NCBI GenBank assembly: GCA_052327205.1
Contig: CM126213.1
Coordinates: 166,036,001-166,100,000, forward strand
Direction of reading: 5' to 3'
DNA: 64,000 nucleotides
Source of the DNA: Somniosus microcephalus
Taxonomy: Eukaryota
Numbering within the stretch: the first letter of the stretch is position 1; each line of letters starts with the position of its first letter. The position numbers were made by a program, and so were the translations under genes. The notes beneath the pieces were generated by a model. That model had not been told where the DNA came from. It searched no databases and worked only from the letters and a program-made list of their open reading frames with translations. Shown here piece after piece: positions 1-13,381 of this stretch.

Positions 1-994
1 TTTTTTCCCAACAGCAGTCATTCATTCATTCTCTAGCACAAACCACTTCCCAATACGATGAACAGAAAAAGACGACATTTTTATATTCATCAATCAAAAT
101 CACTTACCATTAGGACTGTGCCAATTAGTCAAACAAAACAAATTACTTACCTAATCATTTAAATCAATTTAACTAATTGTTTTATTGCACAACCCTAGCC
201 AACATGGCACATACAGCTCTACACACACTGAATGGCGTCATACATATTCCATTCTCAGCAAAGTGCTGAAGTGGTTGCAAATATTTTTTTTCAAAAAGAC
301 CAAAAAGGGATCTTTTCCCATCTTCCCTTGCTTGTGTCTTCCAGCATCTCACACAGCATCCAGTCAACCTGCTCCCAATGCTGCCACAGTGAGCGTTGGG
401 AAGCAATTCAGTTGTGAAGAACGTCCCAGCTGAATCTAATGTGTCCTCACCCAGCACCCAGAGAGAGCCACTCCTCAGCAAGAGTCCTTGGAAAGCTATC
501 GTGAGCATGAACCCTGGCTGATGTTTCCTGCCAATCGCTACACTGCCAACACTGCTCTGAGACAGTCTTTTAGGAGATGCATGAATAATAGGGGCACAAG
601 TGTTGACTCGCTCCAATTATCCTTCCTTCCTGTGGAGGAAGCGACCTGGCCTCGCTGTGTGGGGTAAATTACAACCACAGGCATAAATAAATACCAGTCT
701 AAGGCACAACAAATTACTGCTCTACCACACTGTGCCATATCCACTGCTTTTTCCCTGAACTAAATTCAACAGCAAGAGTAGTTGAGTATTAGCTGAAAAA
801 AGTGAACAAATGGATGATTTATACATGCAATGGGATGAGGCTTTGTTCCCTTAGATTATCCTGCATGTCCTTCTTAGGCTCAATACTATGAGAAACTTTG
901 AGATACAGATGTGGTTTAAAATAGTTTATGCTGCAAATGATAAATCCCTTCCCCTTTGAAACTGATTTTATAGCCAGCCACAAAAAAATGACTC

Positions 995-1070
995 TTAATC
1001 ACTCCATTCTTTCCAACTATAGCCCCATGTCTAACCTCCCTTTCCTCTCCAAGGTCCTGGAACATGTGAG
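995..1070 (+). mobile_element. L2 LINE reverse-transcriptase fragment
   Basis: Translates as NYSPMSNLPFLSKVLEHV, matching the L2 NYRPISNLPFLSKVLE motif. Confidence 0.7.
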
Positions 1071-1323
1071 TGCTACCGTGTTTGTCCTCTGTGATTATGA
1101 CCACGGCGGTGATCCCTTCTATTCATCCTCAAACTCTCAATTGCATTCAGCACAACTGACCATTTAAGCCTCCTGGCTATGTGGCCCACTCCCCCCCTCA
1201 CCACCCCTTACTGCAAAAATCACCAAATCATGGCTCAGTCTCAAATGAAGTTCACCAATAAGGGAAGGATGTTGATAGTTGGGAAGCATTCAACTCCAGC
1301 TTGACCACCTATAAATACAGTAC

Positions 1324-1694
1324 TGTGGCGCAGCCACTAAGGGACTCTGATCAGTTGTATATAATTCCCTTTAATAATGTTAGCTACAGTCTGAGTCTGT
1401 ATCTTTGTTTTCACTCTTTACACGTACAGAGCGCGATCACTTTAATAGCGCGGGTAAACGCGATGGCGTCACGCCGTTCATCACGTGATCCCCCACCAGC
1501 GGGAAAAACGTGATGATGTCATGACGTCAGCCACGGGACCGCCCAAGCAGTCCTCATGGAGCCTCCGAACTGACTAGACCTATATTCGATGTTCTCCTGT
1601 AGTTATCTGTTAAACTCTTAGTTTCATTAAACCTCGTTTATTTGATCGCTTGAGTGGACCTCAGTCTTTTGGATAGGAACTAGACATTCCTACA
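1324..1694 (+). mobile_element. Gypsy solo LTR
   Basis: Begins TGTGGC and ends TTCCTACA; flanked by 4-bp TSD GTAC (1320-1323, 1695-1698). Shares blocks with the LTRs at 56499 and 60548 (TGTATATAATT, CCACGGGAC..CCCA.GCAGTCCTC.TGG, terminal TTCCTACA). Confidence 0.85.
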
Positions 1695-1724
1695 GTACAA
1701 GTGTGAAATAAAATGACCGTTATT

Positions 1725-2070
1725 TTTCCCCTAGCTTTTCCCTTCTCTTAAAAGTAGTGACTCTCGGAATTTCACGGCTTTTGGCAGTCATTTGGTAATT
1801 TAGCCAAATGGGCATTCTTCATGTGTGAGGCCACACAGTGAGCGTTGGGAAGCAATTCAGCTGAATCTGATCAGTCCTCACTCAGCACCCAGAGAGAGCC
1901 ACTCCTCAGCATGAATCCTTGGAAAGCTATCGTGAGCATGAACCCTGGCTGATTTTTCTTGCCAATCGCAGTGCCCAAATTATTCTGGACTGATATCAAG
2001 ACCAAAAATCAAACCTGGCACCTGAATGGCTTACTATTCCAGGCAGTGTCTATACTTGACCAGTGCCGCT
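1725..2070 (-). mobile_element. Ancient degenerate tRNA-derived SINE
   Basis: B-box-like GGTTTGATT on the minus strand. Core GAACCCTGGCTGA also occurs at 385-538 and, reverse-complemented, near 24017-24030. Confidence 0.45.
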
Positions 2071-3429
2071 TGCTCATCATTCAAAAAACAAATCAGTTTG
2101 CAAAGTAATTTTCCAAAATCTGTTTCCAGGAAAGCATATTAAATATTGCATGACTGCTCAGAAACAGATAATTAGTTGTGCTACCTGGCATTTTCCCCAT
2201 CTTGCAGCAACTGTAATGTTAGGTATGTGGAACGTTCCAAATCAACGAAGAGCTAAGCGGCACTGTTGCTGCTCAATTAATTGGAAACTGACAGCACAGT
2301 ACAAGTGAGTTTTTCAGAAGTTTATCACCTAAGCATAGAGCGAGCGATGTTTTTAAGCTATCACACATTGTATATGTTTTGCATCAATCTACTGCAGATA
2401 TTAAGCAATCGTTCAGTGTATGAAACCTTATTAAACACACTCACAAAGGTAAATAATATTGACTATCCATGCAATTTTCTGTATGTGAAACCGGTATCTG
2501 CAATTATCATTGTGATCACAAGGCTGGCATGTTCTGGGAGGTTTCATTACATGACCTCCTGCCTCCAACTGCCTCACCCCAAGCCCCCGAAGAGGCATAA
2601 CTAATAAATAAAAGTGTTCCAAAAAAGGAGGAAAAACCCCACTTTTATTTTAATGCCCCTATTGATTTTTCTCCCACCTTGCTTGCTGTATTGTCTGGCA
2701 GATTAATCTTTAACTCCTGGAGACTCCAGGACAAACTTGGAGGGCTGGCAATTAGTGGGCCAGTGAAATATTTCAATGTCCAAGTCATAAAACCTCCACA
2801 TTCACAATTGCATGACCTCATCTGGTACCAATTCACCTGGGAGTAGTGCATGAAGTGGAGATCAAAGATCAAGCGGTACAGGTTCCATTAAAATAACTTT
2901 TTAAAAAGGACTATACACACATCACAACATCAATGCAATGTGTCTGTGTGAAAGAATAGATAATTGAGTTGTCTCGTGAAAGCAGAAATTCAGTCTACGG
3001 AAGTACATTTTGTACAAATTTATAGTAATCTGGAATGTTATGATTAAGGTTATCCACCAGGTGGTGCTGTAGCCAGTGCTGCCACTAGTTAAGGTCAGGG
3101 GGTTGCTTCTTGTCAAGGTCAGCAAAGGTGGAATGGCAGGATGCAGGCCTGTATGTTGCTACGCAGTTGTTAATAAAGTATACAGACTAATTCTAATATC
3201 TCGCCTCTTCGAGTTCTTGTTTCACTACATGGGATTTATCACAAAATTATTGCCCTATTTTTGCATAATTTTTCAGCCCAACAGATCTATGCTCTACACG
3301 AGCCTCCTCCCACCCTATTTCATATTGTCCAAGAAAATACCAGCCTCAAAATGGTGATTCATTTTTAAAATACACATCACTCTAACTAGTGCCATGGGAT
3401 CCTTAAAGTCTACCTGAACAGTGAAAGAA

Positions 3430-5436
3430 GACAAAGTAAAAGAGTAAGGGAACCAAAGCAAGGGCTCCTTGGCTGATGAGGGAGATAGAGAAGGTGATGA
3501 AACAAAAAGAGGGTGTATGATGCATGTCAGGTGAATTCTTCAAGGGAGAACCAGACCAAATACAATAAGTTGAGGGGATGTGAAGATGAAAATAAGACTA
3601 GCAAAGAGAGAATGAGTGTAGAATGGCGGTTAACATAAAAGGGAACCCAAAATTATTCTATCAGCATGTAAACAGTAAGCAGGTAGTAAGAGACGGGGTG
3701 GGGCCTATTAGCGACAAAGAAGGTGATATATGCGGAGAGGCGCAGGGCAAGGCTAGAATACTCAATGAGTACTTTGTATCGGTGTTTACTGAGCAGGTGG
3801 ATGCTGACAAAATATCGGTAGAAGTGGAAAAGGTAGAAGCAATGGAAGGAGTGAAAATTGATAGACAGGATGTACGAGAAAAGCTGGGTATGCTTAGAGT
3901 GGACAAGTCGCCTGGTTCAGATGGCTTGCATCCCAGGTTGCCAAGGGAATTGGGGGAGGAGATAGCAGAAGGGCTTGCCATAATTTTCCAATCTTCCCTA
4001 GATGCAGGGGAGGTGCCTAAGGATTGGAAAGTGGCAAATGTGACATCATTGTTCAAGGGTTTAAGGACAATCCTAATAACGACAGGCCGGTCAGTTTAAC
4101 ATCAGTGGTGGGTAAAGTTTTAGAAACAATAATCAAGGAAAAAGTTAACGGGCACTTGGAGAGGTTTAAGCTAATTAAGGCGAGCCAACACTGATTTGTA
4201 AAAGGCAGATCATGTTTGACTAATCTAATTAAATTTTTTGATGAAGTAACAGAGGATTGATGAAGGGAATGCAATGGATGTTGTCTACATGGATTTTCGG
4301 AAGGCTTTTGACAAAGTACCACATAGAAGGCTGGGTAACAAAATTGAGGCTGATGGAATAGGTGAGTCAGTGGCAGCTTGGATAAGGAATTGGCTCAAGG
4401 ACAGAAAACAGCACGTTGTGGTAAATGGCTGTTTTTCAGACTGGAGGATGGAAGACAGTGGTGTTCCCCAAAGGTCAGTGCTGGGGCCACTGCTTTTTTT
4501 GATATATGATCTGGATATTGGAATACAGAGTAGAATTTCTAAATTTGTCGATGACACCAAACTTGGGGGTGTGACAAACAGTGATGATGATACCAATCGA
4601 CTGCAACAGGACATAGAAAGGCTAGCAGATTGGGCAGACAAGTGGCAGTTGGAATTTAATAGAGAGAAATGTGAGGTGATGCATTTTGGCAGAAGGAACA
4701 GGGAGAGGCAATATACACTTAATGGCATAGATTTAGAGGGACCTGGGAGTTAATGTGCATAGGTCCCTGAAGGTGGCAGGACATATTGAGAGAGTGGTTA
4801 ACAAAGCATATGGGATCTTGGGCTTCATAAATAGAAGTATTGAGTACAAAAGTAGAGAAGTTATGCTGAACCTTTATAAAGCGCTGGTTAGGCCACAATT
4901 GGAGTATTGCGTCCAGTTCTGGTCACCACACTTTTGGAAGGATGTAAAGGCCCTTGAGAGGGTGCAGAGGGGATTTACCAGAATGGTTCCGGGCATAGGG
5001 GATCTTAGCTACAAGGACAGGTTGGAGAAGCTGGATTTGTTTTCATTAGAGCAAAGGAGGGGTGATTTGATAGAAGTGTACAAGATTATGACGGGTTTGG
5101 AGAGGCTAGACGGGGAAAGGTTGTTCCCACTAGTTGATGGTACAAGGACTAGGGGACACAGATTTAAGGTTTTGGGCAAGAGATACAGGGGGGATGTGAG
5201 GAAAAACTTTTTTTTACACAGCGAGTGGTGATGACCTGGAATTCGTTGCCGACGGAAGTGGTGGAAGAGGAGACACTCAGTGTTTTCAAGGAGATACTGG
5301 ATAGGCACTTGAGCGAAATAAACTTGCAGGGCTACGGGGATAGAGCGGGGGAATGGGACTGACTGGATTGCTCGACAGAGAGCCGGCATGGACTTGATGG
5401 GCCGAATGGCCTCCTTCTGTGCCGTTATGTCTATGA
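3430..5436 (+). mobile_element. CR1 LINE, 5'-truncated and frameshifted ORF2 plus 3' UTR
   Basis: Fragmented ORFs with KSPGSDGLHPR, DVVYMDFRKAFDKVPH, SKFVDDTKLGG and LVRPQLEYCVQFWSP; CR1 3' end GGGCCGAATGGCCT...CTATGA. Confidence 0.93.
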
Positions 5437-5499
5437 AAGAAGACAGATGGAGCTCAGCTTAATTTCTCATCTGAAGCACAGAAACTTCGACAATGAGTC

Positions 5500-6997
5500 C
5501 ATAGAATCATAGAAATTTATGGTACAGAAGGAGGCCATTCGGCCCATCACGCCCATGCAAGCCGAAAAAGAGCTATCAAACCTAATCTCACTTTCCAGCT
5601 CATGGTCCGTAGCCTTGTAGGTTACGGAACTTCAAGTGCAAATAGCCGAGCAAGACACTCAGTTGTCAAAAAGACGGCTCACCACCAGCTTCTCATACCA
5701 GCCTTGCCTGTGACCTCCACATTCCATGAACGGATTTAAAAAAATCCAAGTGCTTGTTAATTGGGATGAGGGTTTCTGCCTCTACCACCCTTTCAGGCAG
5801 TGAGTTCCAGACCCCCACCACCCTCTGGGTGAAAAAAGTTCTCAACTCCCCTCTAATCCTTCTACCAATTACTTTAAATCTATGCCCCCTGGTTATTGAC
5901 CTCTCTGCAAAGGGAAATAGGTCCTTCCAGCCACTCTATTTAGGCCCCTCATAATTTTATGCACCTTAATCAAATCTCCCCTCAGCCTCCTCTGTTCCAA
6001 AGAAAACAAACCCAGCCTATCCAATCGTTCCTCAGATAGAATTCTCCAGTCCTGGCAACATCCTCATAAATCTCCTCTGTACCCTCTGTAGTGCAACCAC
6101 ATCTTTCCTGTAATGTGACCAGTACTGTCTGCAGAGGCCTAACTAGAGTTTTATACAGTTCAAGCATAACGTCCCTGCTCTTATATTCTATGCCTCAGCT
6201 AATAAAGGAAAGTATCCTGTCTGCCTTCTAAACCACCTTATCTACCTGTCCTGCTACCTTCAGGGATCTGTGGACATGCACTGCAAGGTCCCTCTGTTCC
6301 TCTACACTTCTCAGTGTCCTACCATTTACTGTGTATTCCCTTGCCTTGCCCCAAATGCATTACCTCACACTTCTCCAGATTGAATTCCATTTGCTCCTTA
6401 TCTGCCCACCTGACCAGTCTATTGATATTTTCCTGGAGTCGACAGCTTTCTTCCTCACCATCAACCACACGGGCAATTTTTGTATCATCTGCAAATTTCC
6501 TAATCATGCCCCCTACTTTGAAGTCTAAGTCATTGATATATGCCACAAAAAGCAAAGGAACTAGTACTGAGCCCTGTGGAACCCCACTGGAACAGCCTTC
6601 CAGTCACAAAAACACCCGTCGACCATTACCCTTTGCTTCTTGCCACTGAGCCAATTTTCGATCCAACTTGTCACTTTCCTTTGGATCCCACAGGCTTTTA
6701 CTTTTCTGACCAGTCCACCATGTGGGACCTTGTCAAAATCCTTGCTAAAATCCATGTAAACTACAAACGCACTACCCTCATCAACCCTCCTTGTTACCTC
6801 CTCAAAAAATGCAATCAAGTTAGTCAGACACGACCTTCCCTCAACAAATCCTTGTTGACTGTCCTCGATTAATCCATGCCTTGCTAAATGACAATTAATA
6901 CTGTCCCTTAGAATTTTTTCTAATAATTTGCCCACCGCTTAGGTTAGGCTGATAGACCGAGTAATTACGACCAATCCCTTTCTCCCTTTTTAAATAA
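5500..6997 (-). mobile_element. CR1 LINE fragment with a nested SINE/LINE tail at ~5641-5744
   Basis: Minus-strand ORFs with GRSCLTNL, FDKVPH and RKFADDTK; CATAGAAT tail repeats at 5500. Confidence 0.9.
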
Positions 6998-7904
6998 CCG
7001 ACTTCTCCGTGGGGATCCACCATGGGAATCTTTAAGCCAGGTCTCCCAGTCTGCTGGCTGCTTCAGTACAACTTCACTTATCCTATATCAGCTCCCTAGG
7101 AAACAGTTAGGGGCATGACCACAGTAACGCCCACGAGCCATCCAACCCCAGGGAATCACACTGTAGCTGGGATACAGATTTCTATCAAATGGAGGCTTTC
7201 AGGGGTAGGGAAGAGAGCGAATGCTGAACAAGTACCCTTCCCCCAACTTTATTTTGATCTTGAATTACTGTACAAGAAGCAAAATTAACAGAAATGCTCA
7301 AGAGATAAACTTGGCTGTGTGGCAAGATGAAGATAGCACAGGAAGGATGACGATGTGGAGGAAATTACAAGAAAACAACGTTATATAGCATAATGAATCT
7401 TCACACAATGCCTACATACAGCAGTCACAACACTTCAGAAAGTGCAGTGACTGTTGTGTAGGCATTGCATTTATGTAGGCAAATGAGATAGTCATTCTGT
7501 GCCAGCGACATCCCAGAACCAGGAACAAGGTGAAAGGCCTGCTAATTGTTTGGCGGTATTGAGGGGAATGTTAGTTATGACAAGAGAACTTTAATCTTCT
7601 TCAGTGCTGTGCCATCTTAAAACACCCATATGAATCACTGCAGCAGGCATATGGGGTGGGGCCTTATCTTAGAGTTTCATTTGAAGGAGGGCACCTTGGA
7701 CAGTGAACCAGTTATCTTCTACCAAGTTCCCAACTGCCTGCAGCCAAGAGAGCATCTGGGCAAGTACCTATCAGACCACAAAGTCACTCTAAGCTAACTA
7801 CACAACAGCAGGCTGGATAAATTTTAGCTTCTGGTCTGTGGGAAACTACTGCTTACAACCTACCTACAGCAGCACAGCAGAGATCAACAACTCAGCAGCA
7901 ACAG

Positions 7905-8047
7905 GCTTTCAAAAGGGAGTTCGGCAAGTACCTAAAGGAAAAAATTTTGCAGGGCTACGGGGAAAGGGAACTAGCTGCAGTGCTCTTGCAGAGAGCCGGC
8001 ACGGGCTTGACGGGCCGAATGGCCTTCTGCTGTGCTGTAACCATTCT
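7905..8047 (+). mobile_element. CR1 3' end fragment
   Basis: GCAGGGCTACGGGGAAAG...GAGCCGGCACGG...GGGCCGAATGGCCT, as in the 3' end at 5327-5436. Confidence 0.75.
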
Positions 8048-8849
8048 AACAAATCAAACGTGTGCACGTCACTGCCGTTCGAGAGTCAAGGAATACCAGG
8101 GCAAGGAAGGGGTTGAAAATAGCCATTCTTGAGCAGTTTAAGAACAATCTGAACACCTTGATTAGATTATAGCCTTATATATTATCTGGAAATTTATTTA
8201 CATGTTGGTTGAATTTATGCGGGGATTTTTTTTTTTTTTTTTTAAATCAGCAGCTATCGGCGTGGTCATCTACTGCATGCACTACGTACCCTTGATGGTC
8301 AAGAGGATTAATGATTGCTGTTATTACTCCAGATTTTAGAAATATGCAATTGATTTATATAATATTCAACAGCAATAAAATTTAATCCAGAGTATTGTTT
8401 TATGAATCCTCAAAACCACATGACTTTTTATGGAGTGCCTAAAGTTCAGTAATTCTACATGAGCTTAAATCACTGAAATTAAAAGCAGAAACCTTCAAAG
8501 GTAGGTGCTTCTTGATAAAAATACCCCCAAAAAATGAACCAGTGTGAGCCAAACTGGGGGAAAAAATTCAGTATCGCCCCGTTTGGGGCGCGATTATCGG
8601 CCGTGCGCAAAGTTTAGCGCCCGGCGCTAATTATCGCCTCCAACTGCAAACTTGGCTTTTATCACCCCTGGAAGTGATTGGAGCGCTAAATCAGGTGCTA
8701 CACACCTGTCTTAAGGCGCAAAGGCCGAGGAGCGAGGCGCTAACTCAGAGCGCGGGCGCAGTGCAGGTGATGTCAGTTAGCGATAGAACAGAGACACACT
8801 GGCACCGGACAGTTCTTAAAGTGGAGGGTCGATCTTGCTCTTCAGCCAT

Positions 8850-10353
8850 ACCATGGTGCCCAGGCCCCATACGCAATGTCGAAAAAAGTTCAACGATCTC
8901 ACTCGGGTTGTCAGGGTGAGTGGCTTTTTTTCAATACCTCTCCATCCCAACCTCACTTTATGGCCAAAGGGTCTTAAAACCCCAATGCCCAACACTCATC
9001 CAACACCTACAGCCCTCTCATGAAACACACACACATTCCACACTTTGCATACAGTAAGGGCTATTCACCTATGGGAGGCACATCAGGCAAGACCATGGCT
9101 GTATATTTACTCGGACGCCGTCCTTTTTCTTGCAGGCCAAGCTATCTCATAATAGGAGACAGCAGCAACAGACGGGTGGAGGGCAGCCTCAGCTGCAACC
9201 CCTCAGCGATCTTGAGGCGCGCGTCCACGGGATTGTGGCAAGCCAGGTGATCGGTCCCGTCGCCCCTGGAGAGGCCAACCCTGTTCGGGACAGCAATGGT
9301 AAGGTCATCTTTTTGTCCTCTCTCCTTTCACTTGTCCCTCAACACCAGCCTTTGACACTTTCAATCCAACTTACTAAATCGCTGCACTCATTCCTCCCTT
9401 ACTGCCCCCCTGTCCTCACGCTAAAGCCACTCTTGTACCTCCCTGCTTTCAGATGGTGATTCACCAGCTGAGGAGACGGGCCCTCAAGCTACCAGTGGGA
9501 GTGAAGCTGCAGGCGAGGAGGAAGAGGAAGCCGGAGCATCAGCGTCACGCTCTCCTGAGGCAACCCATGCCCACACTGGGAACACGCCTTCCCTGGAGGG
9601 GAGCGGGGGGGGGGTCTGATGAGGGTGAAGCTCCAGGACCCAGCGGGCTGCAACAACGCGATGAGGGTAGGGAAGCTTGGGGGGCCTTTTCCCCGGAGGG
9701 AGAGTAGGCCAGCGAGTTATGCTGCACTGGATGCAGAGGAGGAGTGGCTCATCGCTGAAATGAACACTCAGGACATGCACGCTGAGCTCATGGGTGCAGT
9801 GGAAAGGGTGCCCGAATGCGCTGAATCACTGGCAAGGAGTGTGGAGCACTTCGCTGTAGCACATGCGGATGTCACGCTAAAGTTTAGTGCTGCAATTCAG
9901 TCACTGGCTGCCATGACTCCATCTCAGAGTGCTCTCATGCAGACTCAGATTGAGGCCACGCAAGCACTGACTGCTGCCATCGTCGCTGGTTCGGTCACAT
10001 TTCCCCGGGGCTCTCACCGCGCCGCAGCAGGCCAACAATCTGTGCTCCAGCAGATTGCTCCGGATGCTGATGTGCTGCCCTGTGGGAGTGCCAGTGTGTC
10101 GGTCGAGCAGGGAGTTGCTGTCCTCTCTCAAGATGACAGCATTCCTGCTGCCACCACCGTCATTTCCCCATTGCACTTGCCACCACCTGTAGCCCAGACT
10201 GCTGCTGCCCATGCAAAGTTGGTGCAGTCTGCAGCCGGGCCCTCCAGGCCTAGAGCTGGTCAAGGCTGTCCTTCAAGGGCATCTGCAGTCTCAGGTTCTG
10301 ACATTCAGCAGCCTTGCTGCAGCCACTGGGGCCCCATTACAGAGGAGCAGTAG
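8850..10353 (+). pseudogene. Harbinger Myb/SANT-like DNA-binding protein, spliced and disrupted
   Basis: Exon 1 ends TQCRKKFNDLTRVVR at 8915 (GTGAGT donor). Exon 2 is 9136-9298 (AKLSHNRRQQQQTGGGQP; TGCAG acceptor, GTAAGG donor). Exon 3 starts 9453 after CTTTCAG. Frameshifts at homopolymer runs ~9606 and ~9685; N-terminus appears missing. Confidence 0.75.
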
Positions 10354-10728
10354 GGTGGGAAGGGGGGGGGGTGGAAGTGCGCAAGGGAAGGAGATCACCC
10401 TCGAAGGGCAAAAAGTAGGAGGTGCGACAAAATGTTGGTCAATTTTTTATTAAAGGCCGAGGTTCGTGTTCAAACTTTTGTTTAGTGTTTTGGACATTAT
10501 CTCCAGGTTGTGAGAACCAGTTTTGTTAATGACTGTTTTTTTGTGTTTCTTTCTATTAGTTTGTCAAGGAGAAATGACACACACACACAGTTTGTAAAAT
10601 AAATAAGTTTTTGTATTCAAAATGTACATGTTTGGTCTTTGGAATCATTGTTGCCTTGGCCGGCTTAGAGGTTGCGGGTTGGTTTTATTCATGTTCTCAA
10701 TGGCAGAAGCCATATCCTCAGCAGGGGC

Positions 10729-11875
10729 CTAGAAGTGGCTTGCTATCAGCCGTTGACGGACGGCCCTTGCAGTTTCAACATTGTGGGCCTCCCTCCCGCC
10801 TTGGTGCTGCTGATGATCATCCTCCTCCTCTGGTGGTGCTCCAAGGCCTGGTGGCATTGGCTGGGTCCTGAGGATTGCCAGGTTATGCAGCATGCAACAC
10901 ATAACTATGAAGAGGGAGACTCGCTCAGACGAGTACTGCAGGGCTCCTCCTGAGTGGTCCAGACAGCGGAACCATTGCTTGAGCACGCCGATCGTCTGCT
11001 CAATGATGTTCCTGGTGGCGAGATAGCTCTCGTTGTACCGCAGCTCAGCAGGGGTGTTGGGGTTACAGAGCGGTGTCATCAGCCAGGTGCACAGTGGATA
11101 ACCCTTGTCCCCTAGGAGCCAACCACTTGGGTGATGCGGTGCCTGAAAAAGTTCTGCCACAGCAGTCTGGCGCAGGATGAATGCATCGTGGCTGCTGCCA
11201 GGATAACGGGCATTGACAGCGAGTATCAGCTGTCTGTGGTCACAGACCAACTGGACGTTTAAGGAGTGGAATCCCTTGTGGTTGCGGAAATCCTCTGCAT
11301 TCTCATGTGGTGCACGCAATGCCACATGCGTGCAGTCAATGGCGCCCTGCACCATGGGGAAGCCCGCTATCCTCGCAAAGCCCAATGCGTGTTCATATTG
11401 TTTGGCCCGGGTCATCAGGAAAGAGATGTACTGGCGTCTCCTTTTATAGAGGACATTTGTGACCTGACGGGTGCAGCAATGGACCATGAACTGGGAGATA
11501 TTGGCGATGTCCCCAGTAGCTGCTTGAAAGGAGCTGGTGGCATAAAGGTTCGGAGCCACTGTGATCTTCACTGCCACCGACAGACGTCCTGGTCCTCAGT
11601 AAAGGCTGCAGATCTGGCTGCAGCAGGTGGCAGAGCTCAGTGACCACCTCCTTGCTGAAGCGCAGCCTGCGCAAACACTGCTCCTCAGACAAATTAATGT
11701 AGGAGAATTGTTGGCAAAATACCCTGGGAGGGCAAGGTCTCCTGTACAGAGGCCTGTTGGCCCTCCTCCGTCTGGCCATGATTGCCACTCTCTCTCTCTG
11801 CGTCTCTGTGGCCTCCGAATCTGCAGGCACAGGACGACGCCCTGAATCAGTGCAGCCCCCAAAGTCTCTTGGCAA
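10729..11875 (-). pseudogene. Harbinger (HARBI1-like, DDE_Tnp_4) transposase, frameshifted near 11580
   Basis: Motifs CLRRLRFSKE, GAIDCTHV, SLNVQLVCD, ARYPGSSHDAFIL, LLGDKGYP, RNIIEQTIGVLK, CCMLHN. Two overlapping ORFs (11444-11875 and 10729-11577). Confidence 0.92.
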
Positions 11876-13381
11876 TCAAAGTAATGAAGGTCAAAAACAA
11901 AAGTTCCTGCAAAGTGATGCTCAGTCGCCAAAACTACTTCACACAGTGTTGACTCTATGCAGAAGTCTCTCCTCTCAGAATGAGTGGTGCAAAAATGTCT
12001 AGCACAGAAAAAGCCAGGAAGAGGCTGCCTTCATATAGCGCCCCACCCCAACTGGGAAACGTTCCAGTCTACCGGTCATTGCTTGCGCCAGGCGGAAAGG
12101 AGGGGGGCACCACTTAATATCCGGTCCGGGGTGTCACAAGGGCGTTGCACGCTCGAATGACGTCAAGATCTGCAGGCGCAGGAGATCGGGGCGGTATTGT
12201 TTAGCGCCACCACAAAATGTCTGATCAATTTTGCGAGCAGCGCAGACATCGCCGCGCCCTGGTTGCTTTGCGTCCCATTAGCGCCCTCTTAAGGCGCTAA
12301 CGGAAGGCGCAAAATATTTTTTCCCCACTGAGTTTTATCAATCCAGCTACATAAATAGCATCAAATGCTTTAAAAGAAAATAGAATTAGTTTCTTAGCCA
12401 ATATCCATTAAAAAAAAATCCCCAGCTTTTATCAAAAACTTAAGTCACTTTTCACATAACTGGATTGTTAATTGAAAACAGTGTTCCCTTCGGTCTATGA
12501 CAGCCCATAACTTGCTTCAAAACAAGTTATGATGCAATTCTTCATTTGTACTCCTACCTGACAAAATTATCCTCGCTGAAACTATGCCGTCAATCCAACT
12601 AGCACTGACTACTGCAGCCACATTAGGGTGAACAGAATATCTAGACAAAAGAATTATTCCACACACCATTGTGAGTGGTCCTCATGCATTCAACCAGAAC
12701 ACAGCACCAATTTTAGAAGTACATACGTGCACAACCTACTTTTGAAACAATCTCTTGCAAACCCTAACCCTCAACCATTTCAACTAAAATCGAAGTTCAC
12801 TGTAGTTGTCAGCTCAACTGACCTTTTAACCCCGTTGTCAGAATTCGGATTCCATTATAATTAGGGTGGAGAGCATTGCACAGGCATGTACTATGTACTC
12901 CATACTCAATGGGGCAGAAATTCGGATCGGAGGCTTGCCGCGTGTGCAAGCCCCCGATCTGCACTTACCCGACGCGCCTGCCGTTCACCTCCAGGGACGC
13001 CTGGAATTCCTGTTTGAAAGAGAAGAATCCCGGGCAGCGTCTGACGTCGCGCCGCCCAGGAGTGCAGCCAGCGCGAAGCCTGGAGCGCGCTGTGCAACTG
13101 AGACACGCCCCTTAAGGTCTCAGTTTAATAGGACACGCCCCCAATGTTTCTCACAAGCTGCAAAGCATTTTTACATGGAGAGCAGCATTTCAAATAGGTT
13201 TTTGGTATTTTTATGAGGTTTTTGGTATTTTTATGAAGCTTTTGGTAACTTTTATAAACTTTTAAAAACGTTTACATATTTTGAAGAATCTGAAGTAGTT
13301 TTAAACAGAATTAAAGCAATTTAAAGACTTTTAAAAGCCCTGAAAGAATTTTTTTCATTCCATTTATTTATTTAGCAACGT

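Larger units (their letters stand above)
8557..12326. mobile_element. PIF/Harbinger DNA transposon, decayed autonomous-type copy
   Basis: 11-bp TIRs GGGGAAAAAAT/ATTTTTTCCCC, flanked by direct repeat ACTG. GC-rich subterminal AGCGCC/GGCGCT repeats. Carries convergent Myb/SANT and DDE transposase genes. Confidence 0.88.

Noticed and set aside
10729-11875. Host HARBI1 gene
   Set aside because: Frameshifted, inside TIRs and paired with a Myb gene; it is a transposon copy, not the domesticated gene.
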